NCBI GenBank assembly: GCA_051294905.1
Contig: CM119371.1
Location: 5,830,001-5,894,000 of the forward strand
DNA: 64,000 nt
Reading direction: 5' to 3'
Source: Botryllus schlosseri
Lineage: Eukaryota
Position 1 is the stretch's first letter; every line of letters starts with the position of its first letter. The translations under genes were made by a program, and so were the position numbers. Shown piece after piece: positions 1 to 12,700 of this stretch. The notes beneath the pieces are model-generated. The model saw only the letters and a program-made list of their open reading frames with translations, did not search any database and had not been told where the DNA came from.

Positions 1-40
1 TTGAGTGTAGTGGTAAAAGACGATATTTTGAAGTATGAGA

Positions 41-750
41 GGCACTTCTTCGATGGCAATCAGAGATCGAAAAGTGTTAACCATGATGACCAATGAATGT
101 TTTCCATGAACACGAATGAAAATTTATAAACGTCAAAATATATTGTTTTTGCGTTTGGAGAGGGTTAGGGTCAAAGTAGGGTTGTGGGTATCCCAATATT
201 GGGGTTGGCGTATTAGGGTTGTGAGAGGGGGGATATTAGGGTTGTGAGAGGGGGGATATTAGGGTTGCGGGAGGGAGGATATTAGGGTTAGGGAAGTGGG
301 ATATTAGGGTTGGGGGTAAGGGGGTTAGGTTCAAAGTCGGGGTTAGATTACTTCTAACCGGGGTTTAACCCGCCTCCAATCTCCCTTTCTCCCAACCCGA
401 ATCTTGGGATACCCTAACCCACCTCCAATCCCCCATTTCCCGAACCCTAATACCCCCTTCCCCAACCCTAATCTTGGGATACCCTAACCCACCTCCAATC
501 CCCCATTTCCCCAACCGTATTGCTCAACCCTAATATCCCCCTTCCACAACCCTAATCTTGGGATACCCTAACCCAACTCTGACCCTAACCCACTTCCAAT
601 CTCCCTTTCCCCCACCCTAATGTCCGCCTCCCCAAAGGCACAAAAACACAATTTATTTAGTTTATAAATATATATTTGTGTTCATGGAAAACATACATTG
701 GTGCTTATGGTGAACACTTTTCGATCTCTGACTGCCATCGAAGAAGTGCC
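41..750. mobile_element. Palindromic MITE with GG termini and an 8-bp TSD (possibly Merlin-like), carrying degenerate TTAGGG/CCCTAA repeats
   Basis: GGCACTTCTTCGATGGCAATCAGAGATCGAAAAGTGTT at 41 is matched by its near reverse complement ending at 750. The TSD GTATGAGA lies at 33-40 and 751-758. The left arm has G-rich repeats and the right arm C-rich repeats. The superfamily is inferred only from the termini and TSD length. Confidence 0.85.
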
Positions 751-3195
751 GTATGAGACGCTCTTCGCCATGAGTATCAATTTTTCAACGGGAATTGAAG
801 TTGTGATACTTATTTCTACTGTGTTAGCATTGATTTGCCGTATTGCAGCGTACCAAACAGTAAAAAGCTTTGAATCTTGTCAATTTACATTCTGTTATGT
901 TGTCATAATGAGTGTTCCTAGAATACTCAACTTGAAGCATGAGTCGTGATCCATCGATGCACTATGGCACTCGATTTTGCCCAGCCCTACTAGCGATGGT
1001 AATCTAAACATTTAGTGAGCAGTTGTGATCGATGCATCTTGTAGGGGGTTTAATGGTGGTACGAATTGTGATCTAGAATGTTTTTCTTTTCATTTTGTCT
1101 AGAAATAATTATATTAGAGTGTCGTAAATGTCAGATGAAAAATCATGTTGGCTGTGCCTGTTCGTTGGGAGTTCAGATCAGATTACAAAAAATTTCTTGA
1201 AACGTCACAAGGACCATCCGAGTCTGATTTATACGTGCAAGCTTGTAATAAAGACTTTTGGCAAATATTCACCATTGGTGTGACGCGCCATCTGTTGAAT
1301 CTGCAAGAAGTAAGAAGCTAATCAACTGAAATGTGTTCATGCAACTAAGTCTTGTTGTTTCAGTTATGGAAAAAGTTGTCAACAAATCAAGGTCAAAACA
1401 ATATGTCCGATGAATCAGCCTCGATTGCTGAATCGGATACCACCTTGCCGGGAGAAGTGTCGGTTGATGAGGATTTAGATACCACCATGCCGGTAGAGCC
1501 GTCAGTCAATGACGATTTAGATAACACCGTGCCCGTAGAGCCGTCAGTCCGTTGTGATTTAGCTTCTTCAGAAGCAGCTATGCCAGTAAGTATTTGATCA
1601 AATTTTGCAATGAATTTAGCTAACCTGTCTGGATGATATGGTAAATATCCACATTATTCTAGTAGGACACCAACTCGTATTTTCATCAATTAACAGCCAC
1701 CATGCAGTATGGGGCACCTCGATCCTCCGATGCCCTTGCCGGAATTCAGTGTGAAAGTTGAACTAGCGCTGAAGCAACGTACAGCTCATGAAGTCATCAA
1801 CCTCGTAGTGGAGCAGTGTGCAAATCACATCCTGAACAATGGTGACATAACCAATAAGTCATCGTATCGAAAGTTTTGGGAAGGCACTTGTGGAAAAGTA
1901 TCCGTGCTTAGGATCTACCTTACAGAACCCCCCCTGGGTAAAGTAAACTGGTCTCATTGGTCTAAATTCATTTGCACTGATCATCTCATTTTTCTCTAGA
2001 AAAATATCAACACGAAACTGTCTCAGAAATTGAGAGCGCTCAGACTTCTCAGACAACATCCTTCTTCCTTCAAAAACGCTTCCGTGTCAGCAGTGTCCGG
2101 TAAATTACTAAATAGTATGTAATGTGGGTATAGAAGTACATAGTTTGTACTGTGAGTATATAGAAGTAGTCCGGTGATGTTCGCCGGTTTAATTATAGCG
2201 TAGTTTGTACTGTGAGTATATAGAAGTAGTCCGGCGATTTGCGCCGGTTAATTACAACGTAGTTTGTACTGTGGGTATAGAAGCAGACCGGCATTGTTCA
2301 TGGGCATTAGAGCGTTGTGGGTAGGAAATTAGACCAGACCCTGTTTGCGGTAGCACCAAGCCATCTTGAGTATTGTGTCACTATACTAATATTTACACAT
2401 TCAGGGGGATTCAAGTTGACTGTTGGAGAAGCGGCGACTCGTCAGCTGCAAAAGGAATTTGACAACGAGGACTGCAACTGGCAGAAAATCTTGACTCTTT
2501 TCAAACAATTGTACGGACACCGGCGTGCTCAGCTAACGAAGAAAGGGATCCCTCTCAATGAAATTCTGCAAACGTTCTCTACCTTAGGTTTCATCAGACT
2601 GGTGAGCGCATGTATGATTTATCATTAGGCCTCTGCGATATCGAGTGCGGGTTAGTGTATTGACTCTGAATTGAGTATTAGGGTCGAGGATAGTATTCCT
2701 GTATCACTCATTCTGATGTCACAACATGAATGATTTGGGGTAGGAATTATGTGCCTTTTATATGGCCACGAAGAATATATAGTGCCAGTTCTTAATATAA
2801 TACTCTAAAAACTCGTATTTTTACAGGTCGGGGAAGATTTATTGAAGTTGATCGCACCAACTACAATTGATGAGATGAAAACTAATTACAAAAAAATGAT
2901 GCATACATTGGATAGGGTAAATTGGGACTTGCAAAGCTATTATGACTTAGAACTGATTGATAATAACTTATTAATTTTTTGTTTTTCAGTTCAGTGTGAA
3001 TGATCAACTAAAATATCTGCTGTAAGTACAATGGCAACTCGCCGATGGCAGAGTAAAGTGGAAGAAGACCGACGCCAGCCTGAACTCTAGAAAGAAGTCC
3101 ACAGTATCTGCATTGTCAGTGGAACAGGTACGTGATTATAAGTTTATATAATGATGTCAATCACTGATACATGCAGCTGACTGTGCGGCAGTGGT

Positions 3196-3449
3196 GAGCG
3201 AGATAGTGTAATGGTTATGCGTCCGGATTTTTGATCGGTAGGTCGTGGGTTTGATCCCCGGCCGGGTCATACCAAAGACTGGAAAATTGGTATCCGCAGC
3301 TATCCTGCTAGGCGCTCAGCAATCACGGATATCATGGAGGAGAAAACAAACGGGGGGCGCAGACTAGATGAACTCGCGCTCGTATCGCAACTTCGTCGTC
3401 TAAGCATCTCCGATGGTGCAGGCGTAAAAGAATATCATATCTCTTTCTC
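3196..3449 (+). mobile_element. tRNA-derived SINE (MetaSINE-like core)
   Basis: A-box-like TAGTGTAATGG and B-box-like GGTTTGATCCC, then GGGTCATACCAAAGACT...CTGCTAGGCGCTCAGCA. It is absent at the equivalent site in copy B (CAGTGGT|TCTTGAACTG). Confidence 0.8.
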
Positions 3450-3799
3450 TCTTAAACTGAGGGGCATGAAAGCATCTGAAAGGGGTGAAAAGCAGTGGTC
3501 AACAACAAAGTTTTCTCGCTTCTCGCCATTTACGTGCAATTCATATTGTTCTGTGTATACTCCGGATTTTATGCTTAAGAATTTTCCCATTAACAGTCAT
3601 AACGTTCCATGCAATCGACTTACAGAACCCCCCTGGGTAAAGTAAACTGGTCTCATTGGTCTAAATTCGTTTGCACTGATCATCTCGTTTATTTCTAGAA
3701 AAATATCAACACGAAACTGTCTCAGAAATTGAAAGCGCTCAGACTTCTCAGACAACGTCCTTCTTCCTTGTAAAACGCTTCCGTGTCAGCAGTGTCAGG

Positions 3800-4240
3800 T
3801 ACATTACTGCGAGTATATAAAAGGAGTCCGGTAATGTGGGCCAGTTTAATTACAACATGGTTTGTACTGTGAGTATATAGGAGTCCGTTAATGTAGGCCA
3901 GTTTAATGACAACATAGTTTGAACTGTGCGTATATAGAAGTGGTCTGGTGGTGTGCGCCAGTTTAATTACAACATAATTTGTACTGTGCGTATATGGAAG
4001 TGGTCTGGTGGTGTGCGCCAGTTTAATTACAACATAATTTGTACTGTGCGTATATGGAAGTGGTCTGGTGGTGTGCGCCAGTTTAATTACAACATAGTTT
4101 GAACTGTGCGTATATAGAAGTGGTCTGGTGGTGTGCGCCAGTTTAATTACAACATAGTTTGTACTGTGAGTATATAGAAATAGTCCGGTAATGTGCGCCA
4201 TTTTAATTACAGCGTAGTTTGTACTGTGGGTATAGACCGG
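3800..4240. repeat. 60-bp intronic minisatellite, about 7 copies (about 3 copies in the paralogous intron at ~2120-2295)
   Basis: The unit GTTTAATTACAACATAGTTTGAACTGTGCGTATATAGAAGTGGTCTGGTGGTGTGCGCCA recurs in register every 60 nt. Confidence 0.95.
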
Positions 4241-5939
4241 CATTGTTCATGGGCATTACAGCGTTGTGGGTAGGAAATTAGACCAGACCCTGTTTTCGGT
4301 AGCACCAAGCCATCTTGAGTATTGTGTCACTACTAATATTTACATATTCAGGTGGATTCAAGTTGACTGTTGGAGAAGCGACTCGTCAGCTGCAAAAGGA
4401 ATTCGACAACGATGACCGCAGATGGCAGAATATCGTGTCCCTTTTCAAGCCATTGTACGGATACCGGCGTGCTCAGCTAACAAAGAAAGGGATCCCTCTC
4501 AGTGAAATTCTTCAAACGTTTAGTGTGAATGATCAACTGAAAAATCTGCTGAAAGTAAAATCGCAACTCGCCGATGGCAGAGTCAAGTTGAAGAAGACCG
4601 ACGCCAGTATGAACTCTAGAAAGAAGTCCACAGTATCTGCATTGTCAGTGGAACAGGTACTTGATTATAACTAAGTTTATATAATGATGTCAAAATCGCT
4701 GATACATGCAGCTGACTGTGCAGCAGTGGTTCTTGAACTGAGGGGCATGAAAGCTTACGAAGGGGGTGGAAATCAGTGGTCGATAACAAAAAGTTTTCTC
4801 TCTTCTCGCCATTTACCTACAATTCCATAGAGTCCGAATATTATTCTTGAGAATTTTCTCAGTAACAGTCATAACGTTCCATGCAAGTCATAACGTTCCA
4901 TGCAATAAACTTTTGTGACATTACGGTAAGTGGGCGTGAAATTTTTCACATTGTCTGGCGTGTCTAGATAACTTAGTGAATTACTGGTGTAGAGATGTCA
5001 CCCCTGTTGTTGACAGTCATATGCATTGTCTGAATTTTTGAAAAAAATACTTATATTTCAGGCTCAAGATGCTCGAATCCACTGCAAAAGATCACAGCCT
5101 CCACATTTGGTGTCGCAAAGCACTAGAATGGCAAGATCCAGGGCTGGATTCTACCTGATGGCCATAGAATTTTGTGTCAAGACTATGATACGGTCTTTGA
5201 TATGCTGATTAATATAATGGCATGCTATTATGCTGGGACCTAAAGTATCCGAAAGATTTTCAGCTTCTGGCTTTCGTCCAACATGTCGTAATAGGCGACA
5301 AAAGTGCTCAATGTATGTCTACCAAATTCGCCGATTTCTTGCTCAGATTTCAACAATATGCTCCAGAATAAGACTTTCTAAGAATGGATTTCTCGCTACA
5401 TTCGATTTTTGAGTAGTACTTCACAAGTACTACAAGTTCGTTACATGGTACAAATCCTGTATAAGGTCAATTTTCTCGCTACATTTGTTTAGTGAGTTAT
5501 ACTTTCAATTAAGTAGCATAATAACAAATTCTGTAATAAGTTCAAGTAATTTTTCCAAGCTTGACTTGGCATGTGGTTTATTTCCATGCGGTTAGGGCTG
5601 CCATATTCTAACTGGAAAATTTCGGCTACGATTTATGCTGCATGTCCTATTTCTTGCCTTCAATTTATTTTAGTGCAGTATGTTTATTTGCATACACGTT
5701 CATTATTCCGTTTATAATAAAATGCCCCATGCGGGATTCAAACAGTTTGATTGTCGAGTACGCCAGGTGATTTTAGTGTTATTGCGAGGACAGAACGGAG
5801 GTCGACATGTACGCCAGATTATTTAGTATTCTATATCAGGCCGCAGCGACTAGTGAGGTATCACCTAAATCGGAAACACCTAAATACGGAAACACCTAAA
5901 TATAAAGCACAATCGACATCATCTAGGACATTTTACGTG

Positions 5940-6375
5940 GGATCTTTTTTGACGAAAAAAGTGTTGTCTTTTCTGATTTCAACGACATGAAAAAAATTAC
6001 AGTGTACGTTTGTATCGTAGATATTGCACTGTTGGTGAACTTATCATTTGACATTTTACAGCTTGTAACCTACTTTATAGGCCCACCGTTGTGGACGGTC
6101 CATTGTCTGCTCATTATGAAGCATAAACATTCAAATGAAACAAATAGGTTGACATGATGTTCACCGCAATATCCTAACTGAAGCAAGACTGCGCGAGCAT
6201 TGCGTGGTTCTTATATGAAGAAGCGCATGATGAAAAATTGTGATGTAGACACCATTGTCAGAATGAAGCAACACAGTGTGTCATCAGCAGTGTACACACA
6301 ACTACTTTATTGTTGTCAGCCAACAACTGCTGCTGTTGAACGTTCTTTCTCCATTATTGGCAAGCTACTTAGTAA
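5940..6375 (+). mobile_element. hAT deletion-derivative fragment with the dimerisation-domain motif
   Basis: Encodes CQPTTAAVERSFSIIGKLL. It is homologous to the minus-strand element at 53662-54470. Confidence 0.75.
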
Positions 6376-6466
6376 AAACAATAAGCCTGAAAGAAGCTCA
6401 CAGGAAAGTCGTTACGATTTCGGGCAAAGGATTTGAAGGTAGCTGTCGCAGAGTGGGGGTTGCCAC

Positions 6467-6647
6467 CAATGTTCCCTCTAATTTTTGACGAGTCTGCGCA
6501 CAATCACCAACTCACTGCGCAGACCCTTGGACAACAGTGCGGAACAACTAAAAAAAAAGGTAATCACTTCGAATTTTTTGTGCGCAGAGACCGTGTTAGC
6601 ACTGCGCATTTGCGCACATGCGCATGCGCAGCTTAGAGGGAACATTG
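6467..6647. mobile_element. hAT MITE (181 bp)
   Basis: TIRs CAATGTTCCCTCTA / TAGAGGGAACATTG; 8-bp TSD GTTGCCAC at 6459-6466 and 6648-6655. It sits inside a fragment (~6385-6730) related to the 26943-28511 element. Confidence 0.92.
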
Positions 6648-7122
6648 GTTGCCACCCACCCCAGAAGTGCGAGAAAACTAGTAATCACTAAACCACGGCT
6701 CTTGATTGGCTATTCGGCTATGCCTCAATGGGCTATGCCGCAATACCTAACCGGCTGTATGCTCGCTGTGTTTGTATGATATAAGTTCATAACAGTGTAA
6801 GTCATGTCTGTCTGTTTTTTCTTTACTTTCAATTTTTAAAGCCGTTCCAATATTCTATTCTTTGATTTGGTAGCAAATTCTGCTCATTTTTGTTGTAGGC
6901 CCAGTTGCTTAGCTATTATACAAATAGTGAATTTTAATGATTCAAGTAAAAGTGTAGAATTTTAGTGGTTGCACTGCTTTTACTGATGGTCTGGTGATAA
7001 AGACAAGAGATTTGTTTTATCCATGTAGATTTAAACAATATAAGAAATAAGAAATTACAAGATAAAATAAATCTCAACTTAGAGTGGAAACTATTAATCT
7101 GGATCCTAATAGTTTTAAGAAA

Positions 7123-9790
7123 ATGACGTTAGAAAGACAATATCCTCTGTATCTTGATGAAGTCGGTCATATGGGAAAACAGAGAAGAAACTGATTTTAT
7201 CATCGGCGTGGAAGGGAAAAAAGTTCATGCGAACAAAGATATATTATGTGCTACGTGTGACTATTTCAATGCAATGTCTTTTTCACAATACGTCTGAGAG
7301 TGAAAGCGAAGCCGTAGCGATTCAAGGAGTTTCATTGGCTGATCTGATCAAGTGCATACACGGGCAAAATGTCTACCTGTGAGGAAGAATGTGAAGATTA
7401 GCTGTATACAGCCAGTTTACTGCAATTGGTTGATATTTGCGAGAAAATCCAGTCATTTTTAATGTCCAGATTGAATTGTGAGTCCTTTTTTTGCCATGCG
7501 GAGGATCTGCGATAAATTTTCACTGGATGCACTGGCGGCACATTATAATAAAGACAAAGACAAGAGCTTCTACACATGGATTATCAGTACCTATCTCACA
7601 TCCTCATGCTGCCACAGCCGAATCAAAATTATCAATTGGGCTCAAATGGTTGAAGAGCACAAGAAAGAGATGCGTACCTGATGAAGATGGTTGGTCTGAT
7701 AGACATTGGTAGAGTATCATGAGTTTTTTTACATATAAATGGCTGAGAATGATCGGTAGGTAAGAGGTCTGCCGAATTCATGGAACAGATAGTTCTGGCG
7801 TTAACGGCACATGAGAAACCTGTTGTTGCAGAACATTCCGCAGACGACACTTCAATAGCAAACTCGTTAATACTATATCATGATGATGCCTTTCGTACTT
7901 ATATTTTAAATGACAAACAACTAAACTGGCTGCAATTTTCATTACCTTTTGAGAGCGATAAATTTTAAACATGCATTTTTGATCTGTATCTATGCTATTG
8001 TGTGGTATTCCACTGAGATTTACGCTCTTAATACCGAAAGCTGGGAATGGCAACGATTTCATGATAGCAACCACTGCCATGAGGGATGTTTGCAATGGGT
8101 TGCTCATGACGGCAAAATCTATGTTGGTGGACATCACCAGGCCGATTTAATATATCGCAATTGCCTTAATATATCGCAATGAGATATATTAAGCCTCAAA
8201 AAGTGCGATATATTAATCTGCCGTACGGCAGGCCGTGGGGCGCTTCCTAGGCCGTGAGCAGCTGCTGGCACTTTTCATTCCCTGTTTTGCCTTGTTGAAC
8301 ATGCCTCACAAACGCAAGGATCCATATGAAGGCCTACGTTGAGCGATTCGGCATAGGCGTTGCAAGCCGTGAAATATTACACTGCGATCAGCGAATTATA
8401 TACTGCGTCCTATTTCCACTCGTTTATCATTGTAGTGAACTGGTGATTGAATGGTATTCATGTTTTGCAGGTGGCTCATTCTTCAAGTCGTGGATCATTT
8501 CTTGGCATCAATCATGATCACATTTGATGCTTTGCAACTCAGCAATGCAACTATGTCGCAGCAGATCACCAGCATTGAAAGATTGGCAGATGAACTCGTC
8601 CAGAGATGTGGAGTAACCGTCGACGAATTCATCACCAACCCGAGCGAGGTTGCTGAAGTTGTACCACCTGGCAATGCGATCAAGATGGGGCCCTATTCAG
8701 TCACTGCACTGCACAAGCCTCGCATCAAGCATAGTTTCGATGACAATTTTCTCAAGAGGATCACAGATGAGCACCTTCTGTTGCAAGAGGCCGTTGCGAA
8801 GGAGCCCAGATCCAAGGCTTCGTTGCTGAAGGTGGGGGACAGTGCGTCCTTCAACAAGGTGTGGGCTACCGCTGGACGTTTTGCATCCTTACGTCAGTTT
8901 GCTGCTGGTTTAGCAACGGCCATGCCCACCACATCTCGTGTGGAAGCAGACTTCTCCTTCATCAACTACCGCAAAGACGAGTTCAACTCTGCACGATCTG
9001 ATTTTTCTCTCGAAGGAGTCTTGTTCGCTCGACAAAGGAAGGACCTCGATTCGTTGTTGGCGTGTTTACACGAGTAGTGGAATATACGATATTTTTCCTT
9101 GCAAAACCAGTGCTTTCAATGCTTTTGGGAGGGTAAATATGAGGTGCGATATTTGCGATATATCAAGGGCTCTAATCTGCGATATTTTTAGTAATATATC
9201 GCATTGCGATATATTAAATCGGCATGGACATCACTGCTTTCAAAGGTTTGTGATTGCATTGGATAGATGGCACGCTATGGACCTTGACTCCACTATTTGT
9301 AATTTGTGCTCAATGTCTGTTCATGATAATCGTTTATATATAATTGGTGGAAGGCAAACATTTTTTCAAGCTATAAAATGCTGTTCTCTTAGCTGTTCTC
9401 TTAGCACTTTATTGTGGGAAAATGAACCACAACTTTGTATTGCAAGGCATTCTGCAACCACCTGGAATGGTAAAATCTATGTTGCTGGTGCGATGGATGG
9501 CTGTGATTTTTTATCCAGCTTCGAAATGTATGATATCCGAACAAAGATTTGGAATGAGCTCCCGCAAATGTTGAGTCCTGCAGGACTCCATGGATGCGAT
9601 TTTCGTCTTCTTGCTATTTGTCAGAAATTACATGCTGCTGGTACTGGAACAAGAAAAGGCTCCATCTATGTGTTTGATCCCGCGGAGAGAGAAATGGTGT
9701 GAACATCCTATTAAACTGTATAGACATAATAAGCATATTGTGTCTACGGCTACTGTTTCATTGCAACAAGAGTGTGCTGATGCTAGATAG
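7123..9790 (+). pseudogene. Intronless BTB-BACK-Kelch (KLHL-like) pseudogene interrupted by a hAT element
   Basis: BTB motif TDFIIGVEGKKVHANKDILCATCDYFNAM. Kelch repeats HDGKIYVGG, HDNRLYIIGG and WNGKIYVAGAMDG...FEMYDIRTKIWNELPQM. Multiple stops and frameshifts. Confidence 0.88.
8138..9226 (+). mobile_element. Non-autonomous hAT element retaining the transposase C-terminus (ORF 8451-9077)
   Basis: TIRs CAGGCCGATTTAATATATCGCAA / TTGCGATATATTAAATCGGCATG; 8-bp TSD GACATCAC at 8130-8137 and 9227-9234. The ORF has the hAT dimerisation-like motif LATAMPTTSRVEADFS. Confidence 0.92.
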
Positions 9791-12700
9791 AAGTAGATGC
9801 GAGTAAAGTGTGGTTACGTTCGACAAATTGACACAATTTCACCTGATATCTGGAAAATATTAGTGAGCGGCGACTGGCGTGAATCAATTTTCTGTGTTTA
9901 TGAGGTTATGGACCGAAGATTCAGAGAAGCTAATTCCAAATCTTCGTTGTTATCAATAACTACCATGTTATTTTCAAATAACTGTCTCCAAAGTTAATCC
10001 AGTATTTGAGGTGACTTTAGACAAGGTAATTTTTTAGACTTGCTTTTTTGGCATAATTCATGTTTTAAAAGTCATTTAATCAAGATATCTGTTAAAAACA
10101 GTGCCTGGAAATAAAGCAAAATACTACAGGTCTGTCATGCAGAACACGCTATCCAGTTTCCCCTTTTTTTAACGATTTAGGGTTGTCCATTAAGGTTAAT
10201 AACACTGGTAACTGCTTTTAGCCTACATTCCATATATGCCTCCTCAAATTGGGATTTGAACACAACGTATGGTGTTGAGATGACCCGATTGGTGGTCCCA
10301 GCAAAAATCGAGCTTGTTGCTGAGTTGGAGCGATGTATTTGTCATTTGGAAATGTTACTGCTCCGGTTAATGTTCACTTTTTTATATATCATCAGATGGA
10401 TATTTTGTCGTGCAATCTACACTATTTTCAGGAAGCGCATCTGTAGTCTTTGATAAATTTAAACATATATGTACGCTACATAATCTCTCTGCTTATTGTC
10501 GCCCATTTCTTATTATATTTTGGTAACCTAAACTATCCATCCACTGATCTTCTGGTATCCTTTTACAAAGCCATTGAGCCAGCCACTACCAAAATAGTCG
10601 AAGATGCACTTTGATACAGATAGAGAAGTCACATTCTAGGATCTTGGAATAACATTGTCCACTGTTCAAAGTTGCCCCTTTGTGATAAAATATTCTGGGT
10701 ATGCTCATCGAAGGTAGAGCCAATTGAGATTTTTGCTTTGGGTTACGACAACTAAAGGCACACTGCTAATAACTTATGTCTCACATGCCATTAGGATGAA
10801 TTGATAGGAGTTCAGATGATTTCGATGAAATGGTCCTTATGTCACTTTCTCCCTGAAGGTTTCAGCTTATTAACTAGTGACATCAATTCACCTTTTCTTG
10901 AGATTAGTCAAGTTGCTTCTGTCTTCTGAAAAAGAAATGGACCCATAGCAACAACATTTTTCCTTCAATGATTCTTGAAATATTTTATTCCTTAACTGTT
11001 CAAAGTTGATGTCATGTCTAAAATAACCCTGCTTTACGGGGTACTTCTGTTTCAGCTCATTGTAGAGGCCATTTGTGGATGTATGGAAATGCTTGTCGGA
11101 GATCTGGTTGTATTGAATTTTTGCAAATACGAAATTAGTTCACTGTGCCTTAATTGTTGTATAAATAATCCTATCAATTTTTGTTTTGTGCTTTATTAGT
11201 GATAATATTTCTGTAATCTCTTAGCGATCTGATTCTAAATCGCTTGATATGTTGTTGTTTTAAAAGCTGATTGTATAAATGTAATGATATTGATAACTGG
11301 ATTTTCATAATATTTGATGAATTTGGTAGAATGCCTCAACATCATTTATCCTCATTATATTGTAAATTTGTGATGTTTTGAATTGATCAAGTTTATTAAT
11401 CAACGAACAACTCGTTGTTCTGTGTCCGAAATTATGAATTCATTTGGGCGGTGGTAGCAAAGATGGTATGGCAATTACTCCAGATGACTCGAAGATTGGT
11501 GAATCTCGAGATTTCCATGCAATCAGTCACATTATTGAAGATTTCACCACATTTGACAACTTCATGTAATCAGTAATTATGCTTTTATCTGCCATCTTTG
11601 CTATATGCTATTTCACAACACGAAACTAAATATTTGTCGTTGGTACTGAAGTACTCGTCTCAGTTGCCCGTCCTGCCTCACCCATACCGACTATTTTGTG
11701 ATCGCGCTTTACATATTGATAATCTAGTCGTTTTGCTTGCAGCATTCTAGAATTTAGTTAATATCAAATTCTGATACGAAATAACAACTAGGGGTTGAGC
11801 CCAATTTCTCTGCTGAGTGGCGATTCTCTACTCAGCAACGATTTCGTTACTCAACTCACGCCAAAAAGTATACTCACACTCAAATGCGTCCAGATCGGCA
11901 CTGAAATCTAAGTCAGCGCACCCCCAGACTTAAGTGTCAATTTTCACGGCCGAGCAGCCAACTGCAGGCAACACCCGCCAAATACCGGAGTACCGGCATT
12001 GTCGTATATAGGTACAGTACACTATTTCTAGATGTGAGGTTCTGCTGAGCGAATGACATCAGTGGCGCTTGGACGGATGTTGTGGTTATGATTGCATTTG
12101 TAATTATCTTCTGTACCCTTTCGACTTCTTGTCGTACGGCATCTCGGTATACCGGAATGGTAACTTCTGCAGTCTCAATGCGCTAGCATCCCCCGCCGTC
12201 GCCGTTCTTACGGCGACAAAAAAGCCCAGAAAAAGACCAGACGAAAGAAAGCACTCACAAGGAATGGAAAGAACTAGAAAGGGCCGTGGCTTCAGCAAGA
12301 TCAACATCGAAAAGAACTGAGCGGCCTAGGTGGATGTCAGTATAAAAAAGATCGCAACTGCGTGTCGTTCGATATCCTCATATCTGTTCATTACATCGCA
12401 TTGTGTCTCATCGCATTCTACATTGTGTGTGACTTGTTTAGATAAAAAATATAACTTAACGATTATTATTAATATACGCATGCTCTTCCCACAATTAAAT
12501 AGACGAAGCATCTTGACCAGACCCCTAGCATGAACCTCGATCAGCTGATAGAGTTCCTGCATGGTAATATCAGTGTTGGGATGGAGTCGCTATGACTTCA
12601 AGCCAATTTAGACGATAGCAGCAATAAGGTATTGGAAACAAGAAATACTGAATAATTAAGGAAGAAAATGTCGGGTGGGTCTGGGTACTTCGGGAATTTG

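Larger units (their letters stand above)
1919..4905 (+). repeat. Tandem segmental duplication (copy A ~1919-3616, copy B ~3619-4905)
   Basis: CTTACAGAACCCCCCTGGGTAAAGTAAACTGG starts both copies and AGTCATAACGTTCCATGCAA ends both. The exons are collinear. Confidence 0.9.
1136..5371 (+). pseudogene. Disrupted spliced gene: degenerate N-terminal C2H2-like fingers and SAMD3-like motifs (possibly a transposon accessory gene)
   Basis: Exon-like segments with GT/AG borders. CWLC...H and C..C...H near 1145-1300; PLPEFS...ALVEKYPCL near 1735-1910 (with frameshift); a C-terminal IMACYYA-WDLKYPKDFQLLAFVQHVV near 5215-5290. Several frameshifts and a stop are present. Confidence 0.5.

Noticed and set aside
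160..630. True telomere or telomere fusion site
   Set aside because: The repeats are degenerate and enclosed by TIRs with an 8-bp TSD.
3196..3270. tRNA gene
   Set aside because: No complete cloverleaf is evident, and it continues into a SINE core with a dispersed relative at 32 kb.
3722..4243. 173-aa repetitive ORF on the minus strand
   Set aside because: It is a by-product of a 60-bp (frame-preserving) intronic minisatellite.
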